A stretch of DNA of 64,000 nucleotides from Sphyrna mokarran. Its lineage: Eukaryota. The stretch lies in NCBI GenBank assembly GCA_024679065.1, contig JAGIQG010000001.1:108748001-108812000 (forward strand). Reading direction: 5' to 3'. Of this stretch, positions 52,115 to 64,000 are shown piece by piece (the first letter of the stretch is position 1; each line of letters starts with the position of its first letter). Position numbers and translations under genes: made by a program. The notes beneath the pieces are model-generated. The model did not search any database. It was not told the origin of the DNA and worked only from the letters and a program-made list of their open reading frames with translations.

Positions 52115-52967
52115 TTTTGCCAAAAATAAAATCCTATTTATTGAAACATTCTGCACTGAAGCTAAACTGTTGGTAAAATCAGTGCTTGAGAAAATGGCTT
52201 TCCTGCAAAATCTCCCCATATCCATGTATTGGCATTAACAATAAATACAACCTATATATACGGAAAGATTGGATGTGGGGCTCGAAATCTTGTTTGACTC
52301 TGACACGTTGAATTACATACTGGAAAAAAGCAAGACACTTACAAAAAGGTTTAGGTAATTCATTTGTTATACTTTTTTTTATAAAATATGTACACTTTTT
52401 TGGTCATGAACAAGTAAAATGGCACATGAAGCATCGGCACACTAATCAATATTTTAACTTTATATATTCCATCGCCCATTTCATAACTTTTAAATTCTTC
52501 AGTATTCTCTTGTCCCCAGCAAGAAAGGGGGAATGACAATAAAGAATAACAAAACAGGCCAACTGTACCACAATGCTAAAAAATAGCTTGTTAAGTGCAA
52601 GTTAAAAAGCCTTGATTAAAAGCTAGATTGCAACACAATAATATTAACTTTAGCAGTTTAAATACGAGGCTTTCATTAAACGTTTCCTTTTTTCAGTTTG
52701 ACATACATTTGTTGATGGGTGCCATTGATTTTGTTTTCATTTAAGCTATATACACAACCAGCTGTAACACTTAACAGTAATATAATTACATGGAGCTTAT
52801 AGGTTAGAATAAGATGGTAAGTATACAATTAAAATACTGGCAAGTACAGTTGAAATGTATTTTTTCCTTCAAAGTTTTGAATTTCAATGAGTGCTATCGC
52901 CAGTCAGGTGACCAGTCACCTGGCTTTTCTCTCCCCACCCCCATCCATTGTTCTGATCTCTTGATCT
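52115..52967 (-). other. ARHGAP24: Probable ARHGAP24 3' UTR with poly(A) signal
   Basis: Minus-strand AATAAA at 52137-52142 followed by a U-rich tract; Pumilio-type TGTACATA (52387-52394) and TGTATATA (52747-52754) on the minus strand. Confidence 0.55.
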
Positions 52968-53211
52968 TCACTGTATCCAGATGGTATTACTTCTATCTGG
53001 TCTTCGTGTCTCCACAGTCAGATCACCAAACGTCGAGAAAAATTGCTCCATCTCTTTTTGCAACATTTCATTGCGTTTCTCGGCATCTTCCCGTGCACGC
53101 TCTGTGTTTCTCATCTTTATTTCCACCATGGTATATTTCTTCCTTTCCTGGTCCAGTTCCTCATGAAGTGTCATTACTTCAGATTCTAGCTCAATGTTTC
53201 TCTGTTCCAAA
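52968..53211 (-). CDS. ARHGAP24: Rho GTPase-activating protein 24 (FilGAP), last coding exon (C-terminal coiled coil and filamin-binding motif)
   Basis: [80 protein letters not shown]; acceptor ttattgcag| on the minus strand. The NTIWIQ end and adjacency to MAPK10 favour ARHGAP24 over ARHGAP22. No upstream exon was seen through 64000. Confidence 0.95.
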
Positions 53212-55314
53212 CTGCAATAAGAATGCCAGGGAAATGATCAAATATTCATGCTCATTTTGATAGATGCAACTATTAAATTGAAAGTTGATCACATTCTCTT
53301 GCAAAGACTAAAGTTTATCAATATTTTTTAAACAAGATATTTCTTTTACACCAAAATGACATACATGATGGATAGATAGGATAGTGACAGCAAACTATAC
53401 AAGAAGGAGGTAGAATTCATCTTTCTGCCTTGGTGTAAATCTTGCTATAAAGCCATTCTTTGTAAAAATGACATTATGAAATGACTAACTAGAAACCACT
53501 GAATTGTTTTTTAAGAAAAGGCTCATGCCACATTTCAGTGACTTCAAACTGCAATTCCTAAGATGGTTAAAAGTTTGCATCATTGTACACAATACTATCC
53601 ATTAAAGTGAGCCAACCTGTCTAGAAAACACGAGCAGAGACAATAACCTTGAAGAAGTGTGAATGGGATCATCTTAATCCATTCACGGAACACCCCAGCA
53701 ATCACCTGACTTGGCATTATAAGTAATCACCTCAGACAATGAAACTGATCTGATCTACCCCTAATCTAATCAAATTGAAATCACCTGCCTGGAATACATC
53801 AATCATGACTATATTTGGGTCACAGATCAGCTGGACAGGTTCTTATGACAAGCCAGCTAACTCTTTTTGTTTTTAAGAAACTGTTTGCCACAGACCAAAG
53901 GCAGAAGACCCGCGTGTGGGCCTCACTTTTTCTCTCTCTCTCTCTCTATCTTTCAAGTTTGAACCTGTCTATTGTTTGACTATCCAAGTGCCAAGAGATT
54001 TTAAAGAACTCAACACTCCATCTGTAACTTTAATGTCTTCAGAAAGACCACCAAGCTCAGCCTGGATCTACCCAAGCCATCAACTTACACAAAGCATACA
54101 ATATAGATTTTAAAATGTCACTTAATCTAACCTCCCACTCTGTTATCTATTGTATTGGAGTGAATATACATGCAAAAGTTGCAGCACTTATATTATTTTT
54201 CTTAGACAGAGTTAAGAACAATAAATACTATTTTCTTTTTGAGAAACTCAAGGAATCTTGTATGCATGTCTCTTACAGTTGCAGCATGTAAACAATTAAA
54301 AATTAATTGAATACATATCCTTTTTAAACTCCTTTTATCAAATGAGTGGTTGGAAATGAGAGGAGCCATTCTACCTCTACTCACCTGATTGTCACAGCCA
54401 ACTGATATCCAATCCAACTTGATTTAAATGGTTAAAGAATTAAAATGGAGTTGTTTCTATAATATTTATACTCTTAAAGGCAGATAGGAGAGAGAGACAG
54501 AGACAGGAAGAGCTAATCTTATATGGCATTTCTCAAAGATTAGCTAGTGTTCTTTCCGATCACTTCCCAGGTATTGCCTATGGAAGTAAGCTGAATAGAT
54601 CCTGATGTGAATCATATTTCGATATCCCTTGGGTGCAGGAGGTTTCAACATTGCTTGTAAATTTCTGTCTCTATACACCTTTTTTCTCTCATTTTACTAC
54701 TTTGAAAGATAACATCTGAATTATATTGGACATTCTGAAAACAAGCTTGATGGTAGAATTTACTTTGAAGGATTTTTGGTTATTAACATGGCTGTGGTTT
54801 CACTCAGTTCTGGCGTCACTGGACATGTGATTGAAAAGATCAATTTTGGAATGATTTCATTTGATGCTTCACAGCTTGGTAGGAATTCTAAGCTCATGGT
54901 AATATCTATAAAAGGTAATGAGAATGGATTTCAATATAGAAGCAGATTTTGTTTTATTCTCTTTGAGTATCAGACTATGCTGATTGGAAATGTTTGGGGG
55001 AATTTCATTCTGTGCTATCAATGACATTTGCAAGGCAAAAAAGAGATTTCAGCAAAACAATTAGAAGTTTCATGGTCTGTGCTCTCTAACCTGATAGCAA
55101 AGAAAAATAAAATCGCAATAAACGATGTTGAGAACTCATTTTACATTGGACAGAAGCCTAGGTGAAGGTAACAAATGGCCTGATACTGTTATTGAAACCA
55201 AACAATCTCAGGACAGTAATGTTATGTCTGGATTTTACATTAGCAGAAGCCTGGAATAATCACTGGAGAATGTGCAGCATTAAGATCAGCAGTGAAGAGG
55301 CTGATGATGATAAT

Positions 55315-58240
55315 TGTGCCAGCATGGCCCTTTTAAAGGGCAATTCTTAAGAGCCAAACGATTGGGCTGGACACTATGAAGAGGCAGCAGAGGAAGCCAA
55401 GCTAATCTGGCACAAGAACGCATATCCTGGGTCGAGATGGAAGTCAGTTGAAGCCAGGGAGGAGTGGAGAGTAATCTTGTGTTCAGTTCTGTCAGATCTT
55501 GTTTGCATGTAGCTAGTTAAGAAGGCATATGGAGTCTTGGCTTTTATTGGTAGGGGGATTGAATTTTGGAGCCGCAACGTCATGTTGCAACTGTACAAAA
55601 CTCTAGTGCGGCCGCACTTGGCGTATTGTGTGCAGTTCTGGTCCCCGCATTATAAGAAAGATGTGGAGGCATTGGAGAGGGTACAGAGGAGGTTTACCAG
55701 GATGTTGCTGGTATGGAGGGCAGGTCTTATGAGGAGAGGCTGAGGGATTTGAGGTTGTTTTCGTTAGAAAGAAGGCGGCTAAGAGGAGATCTTATTGAAA
55801 CATATAAGATGATTAGAGGTTTAGATAGGGTGGACAGTGATAGCCTTTTTACTAGGATGGAGAAAGCTAGCACAAGGGGACATAGCTTTAAATTAAGGGG
55901 TATGAGTTATAGGACGGATGTCAGAGGTAGGTTCTTTACCCAAAGGGTGGTTTGGGAGTGGAATGCCCTGCCTGCAGCAGTGGTAGATGCGCCAAGTTTG
56001 GTGGCGTTTAAGAGGTTAGTTGATAAGTATATGGAAGAGAAGGGAATGGTTTAGTTTGGAGGGGCATTGCTTTTTATATTGGTCGGCGCAACATCGAAGG
56101 CCGAAGGGCCTGTTCTGTGCTGTAATGTTCTATGTTCTATTTATCATCAGTAGTAAACCTTTTATAACTTTAAGCCACATCAAGTGGCCTTCGAAGTTAT
56201 TATAGCAGCGGCAAGGAACAACTTTCGTTAGCCCTTAGGGATCGGAGTGTGCGGCTAGAGGGGGGGGAGAATTGAATGTTGAAACTGTCAAGAAGTAAGG
56301 TACATACAGATGCCTTTAATTGGAAAAATTGAATTATTTGACCCAGAAGTGGAAACCGGGGGATAGTATATCAAAAGGCTGTGTTATTTTTTTGTAGCAA
56401 ATAAAATCACAGCAGAGGAAAAGCGAGAAGTTATACGTCCCACAGACTTACAGTTTAGCGAAGAGTCTAATGTCGTCTGATACCCCGACAATAGTCTTTT
56501 GACAAGATAGCCAATCAGTCAAAAATCATTTTAACCTCCGACTGCCAATCATTATATTGCAATTAAAGTTTCGTTCAGCTGTCTGAAACCCAGCAGAGAC
56601 AGTTTCAGATTTTGTGGCCATATTGAAAAGTTAGCAAGGCACTGCAAATTCAGCCCAGCTTTAGGAGAAATGTTAAAAGAGTTTTTGATCTGTGGTAATA
56701 AATGGCCTCATCATGCAGAAGTTGTTACTGGTTGACATCAAAATCTCTTTAGAAAAAGCTGTGGATTTGGCCCAGATGACTGAAGCATTGAGTAGGGTGT
56801 AAACACGTACAAGGTGTGCCCAATGGGTGAACAGTTTGTGCTGGAATAGCTCAAGAGCAGGCACAGCAGAGCCTGAGTAGAGGGCTGGAAGCCTGATTTT
56901 GATAGAGGGGAGAATACTCCCAAGAAGCTTGCTGATACCAAATTTATATATGTTACAGTTGTAATTGGAAAGATCGTTTATAAGCATGCTGAATATGGAT
57001 GACATTTCACAATAATACCAAAATAAGTTAGGTTGCCAATTACCACCAAGGGTACAGAAGTGCGCTCAACTGCATACATTCCCATATCACCCAGAGACAC
57101 AAATATCAAATGTGGAAGCATTCTGCCATTTACCTTTGCTGCAGACGCAGTCATCACCACCGATCCCACAGGAAATAGTGTTGATGCTGCACCTATTAAA
57201 GACTTTGCCGATCTCAGCTAAACACAGCCTTCTAAGCATTAGTAGTACGTTGTACAAATGTTCAAATCATTGATGAAGAAACACATTAGTAGGCCTCCAG
57301 CTCTACGTATAGTCAGTTTCTCATTGACATGTAACACCATGCCAAATGCAATCACAGGGGTCAACACCAGCTAATCTACTAATGGAATGCCATTTATGGA
57401 CAAAACTGGATATGATATTCCCAGATTTGGTGGGGACGGTGAAAGCTAGACAAGTCTTCCAGAAAGAAAATCATAACTTACAAAAAAAAAGTTTTCCAAG
57501 TTTATGATTTAATTCTGGTCAGAAACTTTGCAGCAGGGCTGGAATAATTGTGGAAAGAACATTTTCTATGTTGTAGAAATATAATGTCGTCCTGACAAAA
57601 AACACATAGACCATTTGAGGAGAAAGCTAGGTCTGACAAGGCGATCAAGATGATCCCTGCAGGAGATTTGGATACAGAGATCCTATTTGTAAATGTGGAA
57701 CAGAAGCAACCAACAGTTTCTGTCACTAAGGAGACAACAGCTACAGAGGAGGATCTCAACTCTAGATTGATGAATTTATCTTTCCCAACTATTTGACAAG
57801 ATACATCATTTCCCCATGCGTATGAAACAGAATTGAAATGTTCTATCAAGTCCAGAAGTCCCCGGACCAACTGAGCGTGTGATGTGTTTTCCTTGAGTAT
57901 TTCTGATGTCTTGTTGAACTGTGCATGCCTATGTTTAATGATGTTCCTTTTGCTTCATCAACAGTTGAACTGAGGAGTTGGGGGGAGGAGAGAGTGTGGT
58001 AATGTGACCCCTTTAAGGGGTCAATCCTGAGGGTCACATGATAATACCCTTGGAGTTGCAGTGCTGGATGCCAAGCCAATCAGATGCAAGGCCGTGTATC
58101 TCGAGTCCAGGAGGATTCTCAGCTGGAGTCAAGGGAGGAGTGAAGAAGTCGTATGTTCAGTTCTGTCTGACCCTTTATATTTATCGTTAATAAATGCTTT
58201 ATCACTTTAAGCCACACTGAGTTGCCTTTGAAGTTGTTAA
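55315..58240 (+). mobile_element. Internally deleted, decayed Gypsy/Ty3-like LTR retrotransposon
   Basis: Similar LTRs at ~55315-56204 (split by a CR1) and ~57995-58240, both starting TGTG and sharing agggaggagtg, tgttcagttctgtc and actttaagccaca. Gag-like MPLIGKIELFDPEVE...YFFVANKI from 56310. Integrase C-terminal remnants at ~57318-57620 (TKLDMIFPD, LVRNF, KHIDHLR). Polypurine tract at 57980-57994. Confidence 0.8.
55516..56140 (+). mobile_element. Young 5'-truncated CR1 nested in the Gypsy 5' LTR
   Basis: LQLYKTLVRPHLAYCVQFWSPHYKKD and RRLRGDLIETYK; (ATGTTCT)n tail; same family as 1763-2685. Confidence 0.93.
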
Positions 58241-59418
58241 TGTTGAAATTTGACTGCTGACACTTGCAGGTGCTTTTGACTAATACATTGATGACATTTG
58301 TGATTTGAATTTATCTGAAGTTTTCCTGACCTTACAGGTTGCAAGCTTTTGTGTAGCCTTTACTTACAAATCAATGTGTTATTTTCCTCTAAACTGAACA
58401 AAAACACTTTCCAAATAACATTAAGAACCCCAAAAAATTTTACATCGTATTCAAGTATGGTAGAACCCCAGAGAATTTCAAGTCATACTGAGGGTCACTA
58501 TTAGAAGAAACAAGAAAAGAATGGGACTGTTCTTATGAAGGAGGATTATAGTATACACACTGTACTCTCTACCTTTGCTATGAGGCTTCATGCCGTATAA
58601 AAAATGTAATTCTGTCTGTACAGGCACTATTGCATTTTCCAGCTGCCACAATAAGCTTTACATTGATAGTGGACACAACAATGAGTCGGTTATACTCAGC
58701 TGCCATCCATGGAAATCATAGTTGTTGATTTCTTTTAAAGAAAGAGCAATTCTGAGGTGTTCAGAGATATTTCAGATGCTGCAGTGATTCAGAATCTCAA
58801 GAAGCTGTAATTTGCTGCCAACTGGCCTGTGCATAATATAAATTCACATCCTTGCACACAAGAGCAATACCAAAGGTTATTGAATTTCTCATTATGATCT
58901 TGGAATGAATGAAAATTTCAAGTGAGGGACATCTGGATGTATTCATTTCCCCAGAAGCTACCCTCTGGCACCAGTACAGCTGGGAAATGGTAATGAGAAA
59001 GTCTGTTACAGGACGAAAGCTGCTTCTTTCAGTTCATCACTTGTTTGTTATGTTTTGTACAATTGAAAACAGCAACAAAGCAAGAGCAGCACATGTAGAG
59101 GATTCTGAATTGATGCATCTCCAAAGGCTACTTACTGCAAAGCTTTGAAATAGGCTTTGGTTTTCAGTTTCCAGTTGTGTGGTACCTGGTTACTTAACTC
59201 ACACAAGGCTAACTTTCTAGGCATGTGGGAATATTTAGGAAAAATAATAAAGGCTTGAAGGTACAAAATTAAAATAGTGTCTCTTAATGCAGCCATTTAG
59301 TCCAATACCATTTCAATTGGCTGATTTAAGACACTTGTGAGTTCCATGTCAAGAAACAATCAGGAAAGTTCTATCTGCTGATCAGGAACCTTGATTACTG
59401 CCCAAAATGGGTATGACG

Positions 59419-60116
59419 TTGACAGAGATAGTCAAATTGGTCAAAAATCATTTTAACCTCTGACTGCCGATCATCATATTGCAATTAAAGTTTCGTTCAA
59501 CTGTCTGGAAGCCAGGAGAGACAGTTTCAGCCTTTGTGGCCATATTGAAAGGCTAACAAAGCACTGAAAATTCAGCCCAGCTTTAGGAAAAATGTTAAGA
59601 GTTTTTGACGTGTGGTATAAATGGCCTCATCATGCAGAAGTTGTTACTGGCTGACACCAAAATCTCTTTAGGAAAAGCTGTGGATTTGGCCCAGATGACT
59701 GAACACACTGAGTAGGGTGTAAATTACTACCTATCTTTCTCCCTCAACTGGAAAAATCACAAGTACTACTTGTAAGGACGCAGAATGTACTTTGGCTGAA
59801 GGACTTCAATGTCTATTACCAGACTTCAATGTCTATTACCAGCAGTGCCTATGTAATGCCACCACTAGCTGAGTGCTGAAGAACGTAGGTGTCAAACTAG
59901 GCTTGTGACAGGTGGCAAGGAAAAAACCTGCTTGTCCTTGTCTTCACCAACCCACCTGTCACAGATGCATTTGTCCATGACAGTATAATGAGGATTGACC
60001 CCCACACTTGTGGAATTAAGTTCCATCTTCACAATGAACATACACTTCATAATGTTGTGTGCCCAATGGAGTGAACTGTTTGTGCTGGAATACTGCTGGT
60101 GTGAGGAATAGCTCAA
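59419..60116 (+). repeat. Mosaic duplication: copy of 56499-56855 interrupted by a copy of 61638-61956
   Basis: 59419-59723 matches 56499-56803; 59723-60061 matches 61638-61956; 60057-60116 resumes 56814-56855. Confidence 0.88.
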
Positions 60117-60504
60117 TTTGCTCAGCCGTACTCAGGAACTGTGAGCTCCGAACAGTTTGCTGATTATAACTCACCAGTTATTGGACAGTGCAAATTGGAA
60201 GACTTCTATGCGGAGGTGGCCTACATTGAATCTCACATGATTGGACTTGCAGGGATGCCATGAGTGGACTTATTGTGCTTGGAGTTTTGTTTGTGGAAAA
60301 TCCCATTTATTTCTCCGGAGCAAACAAGTTAAAAAAAAAATCAACATTTTCTTGACTGTTTTGTGATCCCTTTAAGATCTGCTTGTTCAGCCTCCTAAAT
60401 GGACAATGTGTAGCACACACTTCTATTTACATGTTGTCACTGGAATCCTGCGACCAAGATATGATTCTGATTTGCAATATTAAAGAGCCATCCCTTCATT
60501 TCAG

Positions 60505-60690
60505 GTGTAGAGATGCCAGCGTTGGACTGGAGTGGGCACAATAAGAAGTCTCAAATACCATGTAAAAGTCCAACAGGTTTATTCAGAATGATGAGACTCA
60601 CCTGATGAAGGAACAGCACTCCGAAAGCTTGTGATTCCAAATAAGCCTGTTAGTCTTTAACCTGGTGTTGTAAGTCCTCTTACTGTGTCC
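60505..60690. mobile_element. Second palindromic Penelope-like terminal-repeat pair with a hammerhead motif (60598-60634)
   Basis: Same family as 31657-31877; left arm truncated; right arm reads TCAC-CTGATGA-A-GGA-ACAGCAC-TCC-GAAA-GCTT-GTGA. Confidence 0.78.
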
Positions 60691-61207
60691 ATTTCAGATG
60701 GATAGTGGAGCTCATCTATTTACAGATCCACCTGTAGCAGGCAGGCCTTGGGCATCTCAGGGCTGGCAAAATTTCCAATTGCTGGATATTCATTTTTCAG
60801 TGACAATGAGTCAACTGTGAATTAAAATCTCCACACCCTTCCCCACCTCAGTCCTACCACTAACCTAGGTTTCAACCTCTACCCTGTGTATCACTCCTCA
60901 TAAATAATAATAAGCAACAACAGACACGGTTATTGGGGATGTGGGAGAAGAGATGGGACAATGTTCTATGTCAGATATTGTTCTGACATGAGGCACAGCT
61001 GAAACAATCACTAGTGTAACTAAAGCACCAGACACTGGAGTTCCTTATCAACATTCAGTCTAAGTTTCTTCGTAAACCTTTGTTTTATTATTCTGTGAAG
61101 TGAAAATGGACAAACATGCTTCTATGGTAGCCTTTTCAAAATTGAAACATGAAGAGCAAAGACCCGTTAACTTTGACTTTCCATCTGATTTTTTAATACT
61201 GAGAACA

Positions 61208-61395
61208 AGGCAGCACAGTGGTTAGTACAGCTTCCTCACAGCTCCAAGGACCTGGGTTTAATTCCAGACTTGGGTCACTGTCTATCTGGAGTTTGCACAT
61301 TCTCTTCATGCATGTGTGGATTTCCTCTGGATGATCTGGTTCCCTCCCACAATCCAAAGATGTGCGGGTTACATTGATTGGACATGCTAAGTTAA
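61208..61395 (+). mobile_element. HE1-like SINE, 5' half
   Basis: ggcagcacagtggttagtacagcttcctcacagctccaaggacctgggttt and core. Confidence 0.82.
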
Positions 61396-61637
61396 CACAG
61401 ACACCACCATCACCATCCCTGGGTATGTCCTGCGTAGGGCAGCTCACATGGCACCCACCACCCCCACAACTTGCTCCACACCCCCAAATCCTCCACCATC
61501 AACCCCACCCCTCCCCCCACCTCAGCCCCTCTTAGAGATGGCACGACAGTGGACCTTGTCATCCTCAACATTGACCCTACACCCCATGAAATCTCGTTGC
61601 CTCTGTACAAATGTTAATTTAAGAAAACCATCAGCAG

Positions 61638-62190
61638 ATTACTACCTATCTTTCTCCCTCAAATGGAAAAATCACAAGTACTACTTGTAAGGATGCAGAA
61701 TGTACTTTGGCTGAAGGACTTCAATGTCTATTACCAGCAGTGCCTATGTAATGCCACCACTAGCTGAGTGCTGAAGAACGTAGGTGTCAAACTAGGCTTG
61801 TGACAGGTGGCAAGAAAAAAACCTGCTTGTCCTTGTCTTCACCAACCTACCTGTCACAGATGCATTTGTCCATGACAGTATAATGAGGATTGACCACCAC
61901 ACTTGTGGAATTAAGTTCCATCTTCACAATGAACATACACTTCATAATGTTGTGTGGCAACATGCTAACTGGGATAGATTCAGACCAAATCCAGCAGCTC
62001 ACATTTGGGCATCCATCAGATTCTGTGGACTGTCAGCAGCAGCAGAATTGTATTAGGTCCCAACTTATAAGCTCATATCTCTTAGTTTACCATTATCTTA
62101 AGTAACCCTGCTTCAATGAGAGGAGCACATAAGGATCAGTATCAGATGGTGCCAACCTGGTGAAGCTATAGTACTTGACTAAATGAATGA
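61638..62190 (+). mobile_element. Decayed non-LTR retrotransposon endonuclease-region fragment
   Basis: cagaatgtactttggctgaaggacttcaatgtc (QNVLW..DFNV, GDFN-like), followed by a decayed LDL-type motif. Confidence 0.5.
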
Positions 62191-62502
62191 TAAGCAGCTC
62201 ATACCCATTGGAATTCTTATTCTACAGCATCACAGAATCATAAAAAAACCTACAGCATAGATGACCATTCAGCGTGTCATGTCTGTGGCAGCTTTTTGAA
62301 CAAGTTATTCAATCAGCCCTACACCTTTCCAAACCACCTTTCCAAACAATTCTGTATTTTTGGCACTTTTCAAGTGTCTATTCAACTGTTTTTAGGGTTA
62401 CTTTTCTGCTTTCATTCCAGATTTGAACAATTCTGCTGATTAGTTTAAATTTGAGCCCCCTGTTATTGATCTTCCTGGCATTGGAAACAGTTTCTGAAGT
62501 TG

Positions 62503-62848
62503 AATCATAGAATCATAGAACCCTACAGTGCAGAAAGAGGCCCTTTGGCCCATCGAGTCTGCACCAAACACAATACCACCCAGGCTCTATCCCCTATATA
62601 TTGTACCCACTAATCCCTTCTGGAACAAAGGGGCAATTTCTTAGCATGCCAATCAACCTAACCCGCATATCTTTGGACTGCGGGAGGAAACTGGAGTTGT
62701 TCTTTGTTCTAATTTACCCGGAGGAAACTCACACAGACATGAGGAAAATGTGCAAAATCCACACAGACAGTGGCCCAAGCTACAAATCGAACCCAGGACC
62801 CTGGAGCTGTGAAGCAGCAGTGCTAATCACTGTGCTACAGTGCCGCCC
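62503..62848 (-). mobile_element. HE1-like SINE
   Basis: (CATAGAAT)n tail, core with a short insertion, and head cactgtgctacagtgccgccc. Confidence 0.87.
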
Positions 62849-63547
62849 TTTATTTCTTTATTTTCTCTTTATTTATTCCAGCAAATTCCATCTTAATTTT
62901 AAACACATCTATTAAATTTCTCTTTTACCTTCTTTGCTCCTAGGAGAACAAGTACAGTCTCTCCAAATAACTGAATTCTCTGAATCCTGGGTTCCAGTAA
63001 ATTACCTCTGGACCCTCTCCAGTCCCTCATATCCTTCCTCAAATGTGCTGCCCAGAAATAGCCAAATTACTCTAGCAGAGACCTAACCAGTTGTTTGTAT
63101 AGGAATAGAATAACTTTTCTTGCTTTTGTGCTTTATGTCTTGAACCAAAGATTGATTTGTTTTTCTAACAGCCTTATTGATTTGACCTGACACCTTCAAA
63201 GATTTGTGAATATACACCTACAGGCCCTCTCTTCCTGCAGCACATTTGAAACTATACTGCTTTATATTGGCTCTCCTCATTGTCTTCTATAATGTATCAT
63301 GATCCCTTCATTCCTGGAGTTACTAAACAATCAATTCTATTCCCTGTGTGATAGGCTTATTGACTTCTGCTGCTCCCATTAGGCTATTTGCAAACCATCA
63401 TCAACTGCTTCACTACTTCATTTAGAGATTAAACATTTAAAATCTACTTCCTTTTCTTACTTCCAAATCGTAATACAGGGGTTTCACATTACTCCAGGTC
63501 GAGCCACATCTATCCAAATCTGCCCATTCTTCTAATCTCGCTTTGTC

Positions 63548-63704
63548 TCCCGCCAACCTCACTCCACCTTCCCGCCGACCTTGCTCTGCCCTCCCACCAA
63601 CCTCACTCCACCTTCCCGCCAACTTCGCTCTGCCTTCCCGCCGACCTCACTCCACCCTCCCGGCAACCTCATTCTGCCTTCCCACCAACCTCACTCTGCC
63701 CTCC
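63548..63704. repeat. 22-bp C-rich minisatellite, ~7 copies (CCCGCCAACCTCACTCCACCTT)
   Basis: Tandem units, mostly alternating ctccacc and ctctgcc variants. Confidence 0.88.
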
Positions 63705-64000
63705 TGTTACCTTTATCATAATTTTTGGACTTGCCCTGATAAATTCATATTCCCCAAATACCTTACAATTACTCCCATTGCCATAAGCTTTAATGGCTTA
63801 CCAACATGTAACATTGACTGACCAGTAAGCTCTTAGTTTCTCTGGGATGTCTTTTTTGAAGTTAGTGTCCCATCTTGTTTACTATCCATGGACCTATTGG
63901 ACATTTTCTTGTTGCCAAAAGGCCAGCTCTAGGATGTGATGTTCTTTTCTGTGAATGGATCACACTGTCTATTAAAAGCTTGATCAACAACCTGGTCATG

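Noticed and set aside
52814-53260. 148-aa + strand ORF overlapping ARHGAP24
   Set aside because: Antisense shadow of the real exon, with no recognisable protein features.
57502-57870. Minus-strand ORF ending ...TRIKS, resembling the end of the ARHGAP24 penultimate exon
   Set aside because: It ends in a stop rather than a splice donor, the rest is not ARHGAP-like, and it is the antisense of the Gypsy integrase remnant.

Overview
This is vertebrate genomic DNA, almost certainly from an elasmobranch (shark), judged by HE1-like V-SINEs, SacSINE1-like DeuSINEs and dense CR1 LINEs. It is not prokaryotic, and most ORFs in the supplied track are spurious or transposon-derived. The + strand carries the last six coding exons of MAPK10/JNK3 (309-36193). 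These include a 72-nt mutually exclusive-type exon followed by a ~13-kb U12-type intron, the 5-nt alternative acceptor that gives p46/p54 ends, and a 14-codon in-frame extension after the p54 stop (TGA-CTA-A) that resembles the known human MAPK10 readthrough peptide. The - strand carries the last coding exon and 3' UTR of ARHGAP24/FilGAP, tail-to-tail as in human. The remainder is repeats: CR1/L2 LINEs, SINEs, Penelope-like ends with minimal hammerhead-ribozyme motifs showing compensatory pairing, an internally deleted Gypsy LTR element with a nested CR1, a mosaic templated duplication, a U2-snRNA-containing poly(A) insertion, a 170-bp inverted duplication, two minisatellites and a 100-N gap. 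Exon boundaries were read base by base. Repeat boundaries are approximate, and comparisons with human sequences are from memory and need confirming.
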